Shown piece by piece: positions 37,030-49,690 of a DNA stretch of 64,000 nt (the stretch's first letter is position 1; each line of letters begins with the position of its first letter). Source of the DNA: Raja brachyura. Lineage: Eukaryota. The stretch is taken from contig OY740803.1 of the NCBI GenBank assembly GCA_963514005.1, positions 31,310,001-31,374,000 of the forward strand. The letters run 5' to 3'. A model generated the notes under the pieces. It was not told the origin of the DNA. It did no database searches and saw only the letters and a list, made by a program, of their open reading frames with translations. A program made the position numbers and the translations under genes.

Positions 37030-37408
37030 TGCCAAGGCGAGAAAAGGCCAGAACAAATCAGGAGCGGAAACAGATGACCTCAGGAAGGGTGGAGTCCACA
37101 ATGGCCCATTGTTGGCTGGGGAAGATGAGCTAACGAGAGGGATACAAGGATGCGAACAGCGGAACTAGTAGGTTGATTAGGGTGGGGGGGGGGGAGAGAG
37201 TGGGAGGGGAGGATGGGAATGCAGGAGCTACTTTAAAATAGCGAAATCAACGCTCACACCTCTGGATTGGAAGCTGCCCAAATAATATATGAGGTGTTGT
37301 TCCTCCAATTTGCATGTGGCCTCACTCTGACAGTGGAGTTTGCCCAGGACAGAAAGGTCAGTATGGGAATGGGAATGGGAAGGGGAGTTAAACTGTTTGG
37401 CAACCAGG
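37030..37408 (-). mobile_element. Penelope-like element GIY-YIG C-terminal fragment
   Basis: ORF 37228-37425 VAKQFNSPSHSH...HCQSEATCKLEEQHLIYYLGSFQ. Confidence 0.8.
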
Positions 37409-39009
37409 AATATGCATATGTGCATAGGCTATACCATTAGCCACCTGCACTGAGATTTAAGATCGTGCATATCACACGCCCAGTCTAACCTAGCTCAGGA
37501 TCTGAAGGCAAGCTCCCTACGAACAGCGTTTAGCAGTAAAGAGTAGCAGCTCATTGCCAGTAGAGTCAGCCATTAAATTAACCTTCCTCATTCACACGGG
37601 AGCTCCCTATTTGCTGCACAGAGCTGGTGGCAAAATGTAGAAAAGAGCCATCCATTATACCGGCACCTCACCGGTACTGTAAATGAAATTATATCTTCCT
37701 TATTTTGTAGTTTTAACGTGATTCTATCATATGTGGTTGTCAGGTTAGGAGGAAACGAACCTTTCCAATTTAGGGACTGAGTTGCCCGTTTTTACAAGAT
37801 TGTAGACTCCCGAAGGGGACTGGTCTTTGAAAAAACTTGACGCTAAAGCTGACGCAATCCCAGTTTGAAAAAGAGAATTGCTATTGAAAATTGAAAATTT
37901 GCTGGATTTTGGTTTTCTTTGCTTCTGCATATGGATCTGTCACCCCCTGGGCTAAAATCCTATTGCCATTCAGACACTATCTGCTGCTCTTACAAATGTT
38001 AAGAATTCACACAGTTTAATATATCAAGTTAAAGGTGACTGAGACCCAGTGATGCAAACAGAGAGAGAGAGGGATTTTAAAGATTATATTGTGTGATAGA
38101 ATGGCTCTAACATGGTTAAACACGGTCCTGACACAATACTAAGACCCCGGCTTCACTGCTGCAGTGCACCTCATGGAGTGTCTGATCAGTTATCCTGCCT
38201 CACACACTCCCTGTTAGTTGATGGTTTCTGAATAATAATAGTCTGGCTGACTGGCACCATTGTGAACCAGGGGAGTATTTAGTCCATCACCATAGCCAAT
38301 GTAAATCAAAGAACTATAGATGCTGCAAATGTGAAGTAAAAATGGAAAACGCAGGCAGAATCCGTGAAAAGAGAAATAAGATTAACATTTCGGGTAGAAT
38401 TCTGACTGGGCTCTGATGAAGTGTCTTCATTCTCTGCTTTTAATTTAATCATCAGGATTTAAGCATAGAGAGAAAGAACACAAGAATGATAGTGAAGGAA
38501 ATAGAATGAATTGGAGTCGATTCAAAAAGATTAGATTAAATATGTAGACGAGATGCAAGAGGATGTAAAGACCTACAATAATTTACCAGATATAGCTTCC
38601 ATTATTCCTTGTCTGTCTCAGAGACGCTGAGTGGCAATGCTGATACATAAATCTCCTCATTAAAATGCAGGCATACTATAAAGCACCGGCCATCTCTGAA
38701 ATGAGGTTAATGGCCAATTAATGTGCAAAATCACCAACTTCATGGGTCTCATGTGCTGTTGTGAATTTGGTGCTGTTCTCCTGCCTGGAGGTGTTATCAT
38801 CCATTGTTTATGGGGTTCAGATCTCACGGGTATTTTCTGTTCACCGTAAGGCCGCTTCTCTGCATACACAACAATATGGTGAGCAGTAATGAACTGCTCA
38901 TTTTGGCCCCATGTCCTGTGTCATGGGTGCCTTTGCAAACTCACACTCATAAAGAAATTAGATTTTATTTTAATGCAAAAAAACTTTTTGCATAAAGTTT
39001 TCACTTTAT

Positions 39010-39200
39010 CACAATCACAATAATATTTTACAAGCCAAGTATGTTTTGCAACATATGAGGAATGTAATTTGCCAAGTCGGTCATACAAATAAAAAACAAC
39101 GGTACACACAAAACACTTTTTATCACAAACATCCATCACAGAAACTCCTCCGCTTTCCTCACTGTGATGGAAGACGAAAAAAAGTTCAATCTCTTTCCAT
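39010..39200 (-). mobile_element. Non-autonomous retroelement fragment related to 3990-4338
   Basis: TTCCTCACTGTGATGGAAG...AAAGTTC shared in reverse complement. Confidence 0.5.
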
Positions 39201-41099
39201 TGCTGGTGGTTAGCCAGCTAACTCTGTTAGCCTTTGTCTCCACACATCCCCCATCTGCTTCATCAGCATAACATTTTCTTATGCAAAACTGAGACTCAAT
39301 AAGTCTTTTTCTTACCTGCAATGGACACGTGTTTTCTCACAGAGGTTACGGGTTGGTGCAGTGATGGGTATTTATTCCTGCACACTCTCTTGAACGTCTG
39401 TCAACATTGACACGGCCACTTGGATGCAGAACTGGCTTCCACACAGAAGAGGATAGTTACAGAAGGTTGTTATTCTGGCTGGTCATTGCTATTCTTATTT
39501 AGGGAGGGATAAGGTCAAGGATAAGAATGTTTAAGGTAAAGTCAAAGATTTGTTGGATCAGAAGACAATGCAGGTCAGTGAGCACTCAACCAACAGCCAT
39601 TTAATCTCATCGGAAGGACAACGAAAGCAGTCATAGGTCAAGTCAGCGAGCAAGGCTGCTGGAAAGTTCCTCTCTGACTGCTAAAGATCAGAACATAAGA
39701 TTATGCTGTCAATTTTTAATGGAAATGGGTCAAGTGGTGGTATGGTTTGAGGGGAGGGTTGTGGCTTTATGGAACTCATTGTGAATGTTAAGTGAATCTG
39801 CATTCTCATTTCTGGCCACAAATGGCAGAAACTAATCTCTTATATTTAAGAAGGAGCTATCAGAACATTTCAAAGACAAAAGTGGAGTGGTTTTCAATAG
39901 TGGGGGGGGGGGGGTGGAGGGGTGGAGGGGTGGGGGGAGAGATGGAGAGAGGTTGTGAAGAATTGAATTATTTGAGGAGGAAAATGAGGATGGGGGCTGA
40001 GGAGAGAGGGAATGGGGACTGGAGAGGAAAAGGAGTAGGGATTGAAGATAAAATGGATGTAAGGTTGAGGGGCAGTGGGATGTGCAGATTAAAGAGGGAG
40101 GTGGGGAATTAAGAAGAAGGAGGCGGTGTGCTGTACACATTGAGCAGACAGCACTGTGAGTGGTGTGGGGAGAGAAAGATGGGGACTAGAGAGGAAGGTG
40201 GGGTCTGAGGTGTGTTCAGAAGAGGATGATGTTGAGGAGGAGATGGGAAGGGAATATGGTTTGAGGGGGAAAGGGTGGGAGTTGATAAGCCCCAACTCTC
40301 AAGTGCTTTGGAGCACAGTTTCGAGTGGGATGTAGGGAACAAGGCAGAGTTAGTTAAAGGAGCATTGGTGCTTTCCAAGCTCCAATGTAAGTAAGGAGAT
40401 GGTTGGGGGGAAGATACCCACAAGGAGAAGGTCGAAGGTCTGTGGGATCTCTGCTGCAGGCTGCTTTTGCAGTGGCAGTTCTGGCACATTCAATAGGCTG
40501 CTGACTTCCTGCATCTTGACTTATGCTCAAGGAATCGGCACAGAGACAATCACCACCACTGCCACCGTGAGGAAAGGCCAACGATAAGACAAGTAAAACT
40601 GCTCAGTTGTTACAAAGTGGCCTCCACACTTGATGTTGCATGCCACTTGCTCTCCTATATCAATCAATCAAACGATGACAAACATACAAAGCTTCCTCAA
40701 GTCATTTGCCAAATGGCCTCGTTGGCATCCTGGCCACGTTGTTCGCATCTGCATCTGTAGCAGGCAATGAAGATGGATGAATGTCCACAAGGCTCAGTGT
40801 GCAGCGATGGTTTCACTCTCTCCCTCCTCTCTCGCTGTGTCACTTTTAACCCCTGCAGCCCAAAACAACTGTTTCACCCTCTCCTTTTCTCCCAACCTTT
40901 GTTTCTGTATTTCTCTACGTTGGGCTGAAGGGCCTGTTTATTTGCTGCATGACTCTGTTAGCCTTTGTCTCCAACCATCCCCCATCTGCTTCATCAGCAT
41001 AATTTTATTTTTCTTTTATCTCTCCAACTATCACCAACTGATAAATCCTTGGACAAGGCCCAATCGACCGATGTGAAGCAGAACCATTATTGCTCCTCT

Positions 41100-41460
41100 G
41101 CACCCCGATCAGCTCTTTGTAGTTTGCTTTGTTGGCTTCAGTCACTCAGTGTAGACAGGAAGAACAAGCACAGTCTTCTTCCTGTCTACACAGTGTGCAG
41201 ATTTTCCGAGTGATGTTTAAGCGAGTGATGGAATGGTAGATGCTCCAGATGTTGGCGTAGCTGTGGATGAGTGTGTCGGTCCTCTGATGTTGCAGGTGAT
41301 GTGTTGATGATACCTGGACAAATACTAAAAGTTAGCCTGGTTGAAGTCCCCAGTAATGATGTTGACAGTCTAGGGATGCTATTTTACACTTGTTAATAGT
41401 TGTGCTAATTTCCCCAAGTGTGAGCTTGATGTCAGCCTGAGGTGGAATGTACAACGGATC
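41100..41460 (-). mobile_element. Rex1-like LINE AP-endonuclease relic
   Basis: Minus strand gives NIITGDFN (about 41341-41364) and YHQHITC. Confidence 0.65.
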
Positions 41461-42113
41461 ATGGCAGAGAACTCGCTTGGTTAACAATAGCAGAAGAGCT
41501 GGTCCACAGTTTGAATCGAATATGATTCATCCAATTTGTCTTCCTACATAGTCTTCAGGGTGAGCTCTTCATAAAAGTTATATTTATATACAGATCTCCC
41601 TCTTCAGATTCTCTAACAATGATATTTCCCAGCAGATGTCATTTGTCCACTATCCTGAAATACATTACTGAGGAGTTTGTTTATCCCAAATGACATCTTA
41701 ATATGTAGAATGATGCAGCTAATTCTAGCTCAGCAAAGGTAATGGAAAAATAATTTTGCACTTTATTAGACCTTTGGCAATGACCAATGTTATTAGACTA
41801 CAGTAGAACAGTCTGCTGCTGCATTATATATGCTGGTATATAAATTTCAATTGATTTTTGTTATGTGTAATACTGATTGGATTGTGTCAGGATTATTCCA
41901 TGATTGAGAATGAGACCAAATTATTATACCAGTGAAATTTATGAAAAGTAATAGTTAATATCAATATATATGCAGTACTGCATTTATTACAAAGCATTTA
42001 TTTTGCAGCTCTGGCATTCTTATTCGGTTTGTTATATGTACAATAATGTATATTCTCTCTGAATCAGTTAACTTTTGTAACACTGGGAAGAGAAAGTTAG
42101 TTTGTGTGTAAAA

Positions 42114-42330
42114 TCATAAGGTCATAAGTGATCGGAGCAGAATTAGGTCATTCGGCCCATCAGGTCTACTCAGACATTCAATCATGGCTTATGTATCTTC
42201 CCCTCCTAACCCCATTCTCCTGCCTTCTCCCCCTAACCCCTGACACCCGTACTAAACAAAAATCTATCTATCTTTGCCTTATAAATATCCATTGACTTTT
42301 GTGGCAAATAATTCCACAGATTCACCACTC
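42114..42330 (-). mobile_element. CR1 3' fragment
   Basis: GGAGCAGAATTAGGTCATTCGGCCCATC...CCCATTCTCCTGCCTTCTCCCC...TTCCACAGATTCACCAC. Confidence 0.85.
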
Positions 42331-43479
42331 CAGTCAATATGTTTTACTAATGTGGAATGATTTAATGAAGAAGTTTGCCCATGTTCACTATTCAAACTTC
42401 ATCCTGTGACCAGACTGGTTTATCACATTTTAATATTTTTTAATACAGTAATGGTTTTCTAATCAAACATTAAAAGTGAGCATGAACAATTGAATTAGCT
42501 GCTTCGTTCTACACATTAAGATGTCATTTGGGATAAACAGACTACTCAGTAATGTCTTCGAGGGTACTGGACAAATTAAATCTGCTGGGAAATAATTTTA
42601 CTCAATCTGAAGAGGGAGATCTGCATACAAATGTTACTTTTATGAAGAGTTCACCCTGGAGACTATGCAGGATGACAAAATGGGAGAATCATAGCAGACT
42701 CAAACCGTGCATCAGTTTTTCAGTTACAACTAAATAGGACACTTTATCACCAGGAGGGTCGACATGTGCTCAACATGACACTAAGCCTTTAAAGCCAACT
42801 TCAAAAGGAGCAGTTTTTTTCCGATAACGCTATGAATGACTAAAGACCAGTTTTTCAGCTAACAAACTATAAATGGGCATCATTGTGTAAGTGATGTTGA
42901 GCCAGAGAACTCAGCTTTGTCTCATTAGAAAGACAAACACTCCACAGAGCCACGCAAGTGTTTCCAGTCATAATCCTTTCTCCTTTGGGTAAGCTATGGG
43001 ATGGAGGACGAAAAAGAGATATAGAAGAGAATCAGAAAGATTTGAGACTAGTGAGAACTACCAGGATATACAACAACTAAAGGCAGCACTTGTACTGCCT
43101 GCAGTAGAGAGCCTATTATGTCTCTTCCTTGAACAAAGGGATATTACTGCTGTAGTGCCAGTGGTGAAGATGGCGGCACTCACCTCCACGTCTCTTAAAC
43201 TGGCAATGGCAGAAGACCAACCGGGGATTAAATGGCTGGGGTCTGCTGCATTAGAGTACAGCATGTCATGCACACTGCTGAATACAATAAAAAGCGTACC
43301 AGTAAGAACTCAATAAACAGCAAACACCCTGCTGGAGAACTCAGTGGGTCAGGCAGCATCTGTGGAAGAAAATAGACAATCGATATTTTGGATCAGTTTG
43401 ACAAAAGAGGTGCTATTGCAAGGGTATTACTAACTGCTCACATGTATAATGCAATATCCTACAGCATTTATTTTATAGC

Positions 43480-43865
43480 TTCAAATGCCGCTGTGGAGAC
43501 TTGTGCACAAAGCATAGGCTAAGACTGGAGAGTAATTCTGAAGGAGTGCTGCATGGTAAGATATGTGGAATGTCAGAAGTATCATGCTGAAGTCCCGAGA
43601 GTTCTTAGGGAGTAGATGGGAAGAGTACCACATTCCTCTTCCAAAGCCTGGCCATGTCTTCTATCAACTCCTCTATCCTTCTATCAATTTTCCTTGATCA
43701 GGTACTGATCAATATGACTCTGCGACTTGGAGCTTGTTGGTATGAATAGGATGTCACTTTTCCAGCAGTGCAATAGGGGTAGCATTTCAAAAAGGACTTA
43801 ATTGGCCACAGAGCACTTTGGCAAGTTCTGAAAAGGAGGTGAAAGGTGTTATATAACCATAAGCA
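43480..43865 (+). mobile_element. DeuSINE-like relic with L2-type tail
   Basis: GAGACTTGTGCACAAA...GAAGGAGTGCTGCA and tail TTGGCCACAGAGCACTTTGG...GTGAAAGGTGTTATATAA. Confidence 0.55.
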
Positions 43866-44158
43866 TGTTGCTCATTAAATATCTGCAAAGCCTAACATCC
43901 CTGCACATAAATTGCTCTGTGAATCAGATTGTTTGCATGTCTTTATTTAAGGTACAAATTGTCCACTTTATGGTCGGTTACAGTGGTTCAGTGATTTATT
44001 CCCTGAAGTATAGGCTACACTATGAAAATGAGGCATATGATATATCAAAACAATTGTAGGTCTGCAGTTGATAGTCTCTAAGACTCAACACGGTTACACA
44101 TTCCTGTAAGTCATCCCTGTGACCCCATCAAAAGCAAAGCACATTATTAATCTGTGAT

Positions 44159-44243
44159 AGACAAAAATGCTGGAGAAACTCAGCGGGTGAGGCAGCATCT
44201 ATGGAGCAAAGGAATAGGTAACGTTTCGGGTCGACACCCTTCT
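44159..44243 (-). mobile_element. Penelope-like terminal remnant (partial hammerhead)
   Basis: AAAATGCTGGAGAAACTCAGCGGGTGAGGCAGCATCT...ACGTTTCGGGTCGACACCCTTCT. Confidence 0.8.
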
Positions 44244-45239
44244 GTGATATCTGTTAAACAGTAGTGTCATGTGAGGTTCATTGCAAATATAAAATCTTGC
44301 ATGTCACTCTCACTCGTTCTCCAGGCTTTTCCAAAGATACTGAGAATTCGTAAACAGTTCCTAAAGTAAGAATCAATCTTTGGTAAGTATCCTTGCCAAA
44401 CCTTGTACTTTTCCACCAAATATCCATACTTGCCAGTTGTGAATTAAACACCTGTAACGACTAAGAATCTATGATCAACAAGATTAACCTTCTCTATTCC
44501 AGACTGTACGTGTTTGTTTCAGTACCTGGAGTATCTCGGTCTCTCTGTAGCTGATTGGAAAATGTGATCCATCTGACTTTCTAACTATTCCCGGAATATC
44601 TTTCCTGGACCGACATCTCCAAAGTGCAACCACGGGATCAACACAAGTATTGCAACCCTTCTATACAATGGGATAGCTGCCAAAGAAACTTAGCACCTTG
44701 AATGAAGTGCATTGCCTTTCTTACTGCTCCCTGCTTCCCTCCCACCCCCTGTTCATTCTTCAATACGGTGCCAAGGCACCTGAGAACTCGATTAAATTTG
44801 TCCCTTTTGTATACATTGAATGAAATATGCAAGTCCATTTGAGCCGCAAACAGCTATGTGATTGCTCACATATTCTCTCCATCTTAATATTAATGTGTTA
44901 TACAAGAGTACACATTCTTGATTTGGTGTTCTGCCTAATTTTCTTAATCTACATTTAAGATGGCTTTCTGTGGCTCAGGGAGTGAACTCTCTGTGACAAT
45001 ATAACAATAACAAAATGGAGGATGAAGCAAATTCACTCAAGTTAAATTATGTAAAAATCCTTAAATATTATTTAAACAGCAGGAGAATATATAAATATGA
45101 GCAGATGCTTGATAAATACCTCCTCCAAAGCAAGATTCATGCCCACAATAAATCTGACCGTTATCTCATGCTTTTATTTTCATTGGTGGATGTGATTTTT
45201 TTGCTGGATTAGCTTTTAAAGTCCATTCCAAATTGTGCA

Positions 45240-45930
45240 TGAACATAGTGCCTTGCCTGGCCATTTTAGAGGATGTTAAGAGCAAACCACACATTGACCA
45301 GGGGGGTAAAAATGACAGAGTTGATCTTCCTATTCTGAAGGACATTGATAAACCAGTTGGTCTTTTGTGAAAATCTAATAATGTTACCATCATCATTAGA
45401 CTGTAGACTTTAGAGATATATCGCAGAAACAGGCCATTCAGACCACCGGGTCCGCACCAACCAGTGATTACCCCTGGCACCAACACTATCATACATACTA
45501 GGGACATTTTTTTTACAACTTACGGAAGCCAATTAACTACAAACCTGCACAACTTTGAAGTGTGGGGAAGCCGGGGCAACCGGAGATACCTTACGTGAAC
45601 ACAGGGAGAACGGACAAACTCCGTACAGTCAGCACTCTTAGTCAGAATTGAACCTGGGTCTCTGGCGCTGTAAGGCAGCAACTCTACAGCTGCACCACTG
45701 GGGTGATACAAGCTTTACTAACTATATTACTATTACTAACCAACTATTTTATTACTAACTATATTACTAACTAACCATTATTACTGATATTAGCTTTTTA
45801 TTCCAGGTGTATGTTACAAACTGAATTTGAATTCCCTAGCTGCCATGGTTCACTTTAAACTTCGATCTGTGGGTAATTAGCCCAGACACATGGATGCTAC
45901 TGCACCCAATATTATACAGTGATGCCATCG
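45240..45930 (-). mobile_element. Older tRNA-derived SINE interrupted by a HE1-like SINE
   Basis: 3' part 45240-45396 (GGCCATTTTAGAGG..GTTAAGAG, GAAGGACATT) and 5' part 45790-45930 (GCTTTTTATTCCAG..GAATTCC..AGCTGCCATGG) match one recalled shark SINE in the right order. Confidence 0.5.
45397..45700 (-). mobile_element. HE1-like V-SINE
   Basis: Reverse complement of head, V-domain and CTCTAAAGTCTA tail. Confidence 0.88.
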
Positions 45931-46384
45931 GGACTGGGACCTCTGCTGAAGGGTCAGATTTGCTACTGAGGTTTTGGTGAAGCTATGCACAATCATCATA
46001 ACCTCTATTCATAACCCTGCATCAGAGAATTAAAAACCATGAGGAAGCCATTCAGCCCAATGAACTGACTATCATCTATGACCGCAGTTGCATACTCATC
46101 ACAGAGTGTTTGAATATTAACCCGTCCACCAACTCAAAGCAGTCATGTGTTATCCTATGTGCTTCCTCTCACCGCACAATTTTCCATACAGGATCCTCAT
46201 GCTTTAGTTTCTGCTTATAAACAGGGTAGAGGAGCATTGCCAGATGAGCAGATCGTCCAAAATACTGGCAGGGGGTGGAGCATCTCTGATGGTTACGTAG
46301 CAGTGGTCAAAGGGGTTTGGGACAGGAGATGTGTGAAGAGTATTTAGGGAGCATATCCATTTATAAAAAAATCCCAGGGATAGT

Positions 46385-46521
46385 CTTCTTCTTTCATGTG
46401 GCATGCACAGTCTAAAGTTGCAGGACAACTTGTTCTATTTGATCTTCTGTGTGTGCACGTCGAGTTGATTGCATTTAGTCGAAACAGGGCGGACCACGTG
46501 AAGGTTGCAATCTTCCACCCC
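46385..46521 (-). mobile_element. Short retroposon with HDV-like ribozyme head and (GAA)n tail, copy 2
   Basis: Exact 10-bp TSD CAGGGATAGT at 46375-46384 and 46522-46531; AAAGAAGAAG tail; colinear with 24059-24199. Confidence 0.9.
46467..46521 (-). ncRNA. Minimal HDV-like (CPEB3-type) ribozyme
   Basis: GGGGUGG AA GAUUGCA ACC UUCACGU GGU CCGCCCU GU UUCGA CUAAA UGCAAUC: 7-bp P1 with G1-U wobble, 7-bp P2, 3-bp P3, L3 UUCACGU, catalytic C at 46478. Confidence 0.82.
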
Positions 46522-47887
46522 CAGGGATAGTTATTATGTAATTTTATGTATTACTGTATGTAATTTTTCCCAATGATTATTTCTGAATCTACCATCTTTT
46601 TGCAACCCCCTCATCGCACTGTGCACCCCACCTCCCAATCACAATATTAATAATTCCACATCAGCTGAAAAATACCAAAGCTGCAAGTCCAATCCCCACT
46701 TTCTAATGTTTCCCTTGAAGTACATCATCGGCAAAACCTGGAGGAATTTTACATTGCTCTTCTCTGCAAGACCCTGAGGTTCATCACTATTCACAAGAGA
46801 TCAGTGTAGAATGGGATTCCTTTCAATGTTTATGTAGGAAGTTTGTATTTTGCCTAAGGAATGGAATTATCTAATAAGTTCCGAAGGAAACTGCAGCAAC
46901 TCAATCTTTTGAGTCCACGCTGGTTAAAAATGTGCTTTAGACTTTTTATTTCATTCAAACTAAATCTAGTAACTTAATTTCAACAAATATCTGTGAATTG
47001 TAGGGGACAATTTGATTTTGCATCTATTCATCTTATATTTAGTTATAATAAGAGTCTTGATCTGATGTAATCCTTTCCTGTTTCGCTACTGTGCCTTTAT
47101 TGCATCCCTGGTAACATGCGATTACAGATAAAGGAAAGGATTAAAGTTGGTTTGTCTCCATTGTCAAAGGGTCAGAGCAAAAGAGAGGAAAAAGACATTG
47201 GCCCTCGATATTGAGCTTGCAAAGAGCAGTGTCTGAATAATTGATGGACTTCTCTAATAGACTCACGGCTCCCTAATGGGGCAGGGTAAACACTGAAGTG
47301 TTTGAAAGAAGCACAGGCAGGAATGAAGGAACAGATAATGTATCGCGGGCTTCAGTGAGTTCTCACTGATATTTTGTATTGAGGAGGCTAGTGCCCATTG
47401 TAGGCTTTTCCTGGAAATCAATATCAATAACAAACAGAAGCAAAAGTTGAACAACAAAAAGATATGTTGACTGGTAAGAAATTTGTAAATAATCTTCCTT
47501 ACAGTAACAGCAATCTTCAAAATTATATTGTACTTCAGCTTACCCTGCCTGAGAGAGGTGGTGACTAGGGTTTGTGTTGAAGAGTTCATTCAGTGTAAAG
47601 GAGTGAATGAGTGAATCTTGGGGGTGAGAGATGGGGGTAGGGGTGGGGTGGCAGGAAGCTGCTTCAAACTTTTTTTTTCTCCTTCTAATTTCCCTTGCTT
47701 TTATGAGATCTCCGCCCTGTGCTGAGATTGCCAGCTGTGGTCACCTGCCTTCCTGGAGGTTTTCGGGCTTGATCACTTAACATGTTAACCCATAGGATTC
47801 CGACTCCTACATTACCTGGAGAAAAAGGATGATCTTCATATTACACACTGTTTCTTCATATCTCTTGTTTTTTCTCCTATAATAGGA

Positions 47888-48370
47888 AGTCAAGAGTCAA
47901 ATATGTTTAACAATCATATGTACCAGAATCGGTACAATGAATTCTTACATAGAGGGACACAGTCATGAAGCACAGCTCAACCCCACTAAGATACCCCACT
48001 AAGCTAGTCGCATTTGCCTGCAATAGAGTTATAGTCATAGCTGCAGCTACTTGCTGCAACATTGCAGGCACATTAAATACAACACAACAAATAAATATAC
48101 GATAAAAAATATTGGTTATTCTAGGTAAACCAGGCCACGATACTGTAAGTCAAAGTATATTGTACAACCTTAAATGTTCAAGGGCCATAGTAGTTTGCTT
48201 CTGAGGTAGAGCGGTGATTAAGATTGTGCGTGTGGTCCAAGGGCCTCATGGGTGATGGGTAGAGGCTTTCCTTGAACCTGGAGGTAACGGCTCTCAGACT
48301 CCTGTACCTTCTTCCCGATGGAGGCAGTAAGTTGAGAGTGTGGCCAGCTTCCTGCAGATCCCATCAAAGG
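47888..48370 (-). mobile_element. Rex1-like LINE 3' relic containing a small CR1-tail insert
   Basis: GTCAAGAGTCAA tail; TTCCTTGAACCTGGAGGT..CTCCTGTACCTTCTTCCCGATGG similar to 5900-5960. Confidence 0.6.
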
Positions 48371-48849
48371 TGGCGGTCAATCGATTAAATGCCCTGACAA
48401 ATGTTGGAAAATATATTTTTTAATGCTGCATTAGATTTTGCTCTGTCCTTCTTGCAATCAGCTCCAGGAGCTTAATTCACGCTTAGAGACTTGCAAATGA
48501 TGCAGGAGTGCAGGGAACCCCAGCCTGCTCTGTGTATTGTTTCAAGTGATCTGCCTGCCTTTGACACCTTGGCTAAGGTGCAAATATTAATGGTGTATAC
48601 AGGACAATGAGAAACATGGTTTCAATAGGTCTGCTTCACTACCTGAGCAGAGTTGAATATTGACCACACATGCCAAGATCAGAGGTCAAGCCCTTTCACA
48701 GGCTCAGATACTTTTAAACTCCAAATGCAATATTGTTCCAGCTGAAGTCAACTCACTGATTACACAATGGATAGATATGAGATCAAACAAAACCAACTAC
48801 CTCATTCTCCACCTCAACCAGTGACTTTCAGCCAGTGATCTGAGATGGT

Positions 48850-49330
48850 TAATGGTGGAGAATCTAGTCTATGTAAAGGACTGGGTTACATCCACAATTC
48901 TTTGCAATTTCTTGATGTCTTGGGATGAGCTGTTCCCAAACCAAGCTGTGATGCAACCTGAAATTATGCTTCCTATGGTGCCTCGTTAGAAGTTTGTAAA
49001 AGTCATTGGAGACATGCCAAATTTCCTCCGTCTCCTGCGGAAGTAGAGATGCTAGTGTGCCTTCTTGGCTGTCACTTCAATGTGGTTGGTCCATGACAGA
49101 TCGTTGGTAATATTTATGCGTAGGAACTTGAAAGTCTCAACCGTTTCCACTTCTGCACCATTGATGCTGATTGGGGCCTGTACTCCACCATGCTTCCTGA
49201 AGTCAATACTTAGTTCCTTCATCTTGCTGACATTGAGAGAGAGGTCGTTGTCCTTCCCCCGTGGTACTAAGCTCTCTATCTCCTTCCTGTACTCCGTCTC
49301 GACACTATTCTTAATCCAGCCCATCACAGT
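48850..49330 (-). mobile_element. Rex1-like LINE RT C-terminal fragment
   Basis: ORF 49052-49327 [45 protein letters not shown]. Confidence 0.85.
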
Positions 49331-49389
49331 GTTACAACAGCAATCTCCAATCTTCTCAATAACATCTTGAGAGGTAATTGAGTTGGAAG

Positions 49390-49690
49390 ATTGGGACCCA
49401 CTCAGTACAATTTCTGGACGGAAATGCTGGTATAAGGAGGAGGGAGTGCTGTCCTTTCAGAGTTGCCACCTTTCAGTTGAGTTTAAGCTTCTCAGGTAAA
49501 TATATGTTAAAAAAATCACCCGGTGCAGTTTTGATGATGGATAGCGGAATTACTCACCAATTATTATTTTTGGGAGCTTGCTGTGTGCATTTAGCTGCAA
49601 CGTGCCCTTCATTGTATTCACTAATTAATTGGAAAGTGCATTGGGATGTCCTGAGGTGGTCAAAGAAGCTTTATAGATGCCAGTGTTTCA
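49390..49690 (+). mobile_element. DeuSINE-like relic
   Basis: GAGGGAGTGCTG..TTTCAGTTGAG, TGGGAGCTTGCTGTGTGCA, TTGGGATGTCCTGAGG tail. Confidence 0.55.
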
